The position numbers were made by a program, and so were the translations under genes. Source: Leucoraja ocellata (taxonomy: Eukaryota). From it: a stretch of 64,000 nucleotides of DNA. The notes beneath the pieces were generated by a model. That model searched no databases. It had not been told where the DNA came from and saw only the letters and a program-made list of their open reading frames with translations. Of the stretch, positions 63,851 through 64,000 are shown piece after piece. How positions within the stretch are numbered: position 1 is the first letter of the stretch; every line of letters begins with the position of its first letter. The DNA lies in contig JAWMAR010000023.1 in the NCBI GenBank assembly GCA_036785375.1, positions 3,410,001-3,474,000 of the forward strand, written 5' to 3'.

Positions 63851-64000
63851 CCCTGCCCCCCCTCATCTCTCTAAATGTTTTGTGTCACACTCACGTTCCA
63901 TAGAAAGTAGATTCAATTTTGCAATTGTAGAAAAAAAATTATCAGCCTAGACGTGGTTGTGTTTTTGTTAAATGCCATTTTTGAGCAGCTCCATTAGCTC

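Overview
Vertebrate genomic DNA, most likely a cartilaginous fish (skate/ray); this is inferred from the HE1/V-SINE, CR1 and Rex1-type repeat landscape. The window holds the 3' part of the SKI proto-oncogene on the + strand: over 43 kb of intron 1 (exon 1 lies upstream of the window), coding exons 2-7 (43026-55405, all GT-AG and phase-compatible) and a ~4.2 kb repeat-free putative 3' UTR. The rest is interspersed repeats: about 16 tRNA-derived V-SINEs, CR1, L2 and Rex1/Babar LINE fragments, and a 1.3 kb TIR-bounded DNA-transposon-like element. The most interesting signal is a short dispersed retroelement (about 18 copies or fragments) carrying a minimal type-I hammerhead ribozyme motif (CTGAAGA-A-GGGT-N4-ACCC-GAAACGTC). 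Several copies have 12-15 bp target-site duplications and several form fold-back hairpins, resembling non-autonomous Penelope-like/retrozyme elements. Also notable is a ~1 kb CpG-rich non-coding retroposon with an L2 tail and YY1 motifs, nested in a Rex1 LINE. Apart from SKI exons and LINE remnants, the ORF track appears to be noise. All alignments were done by eye and repeat boundaries are approximate.
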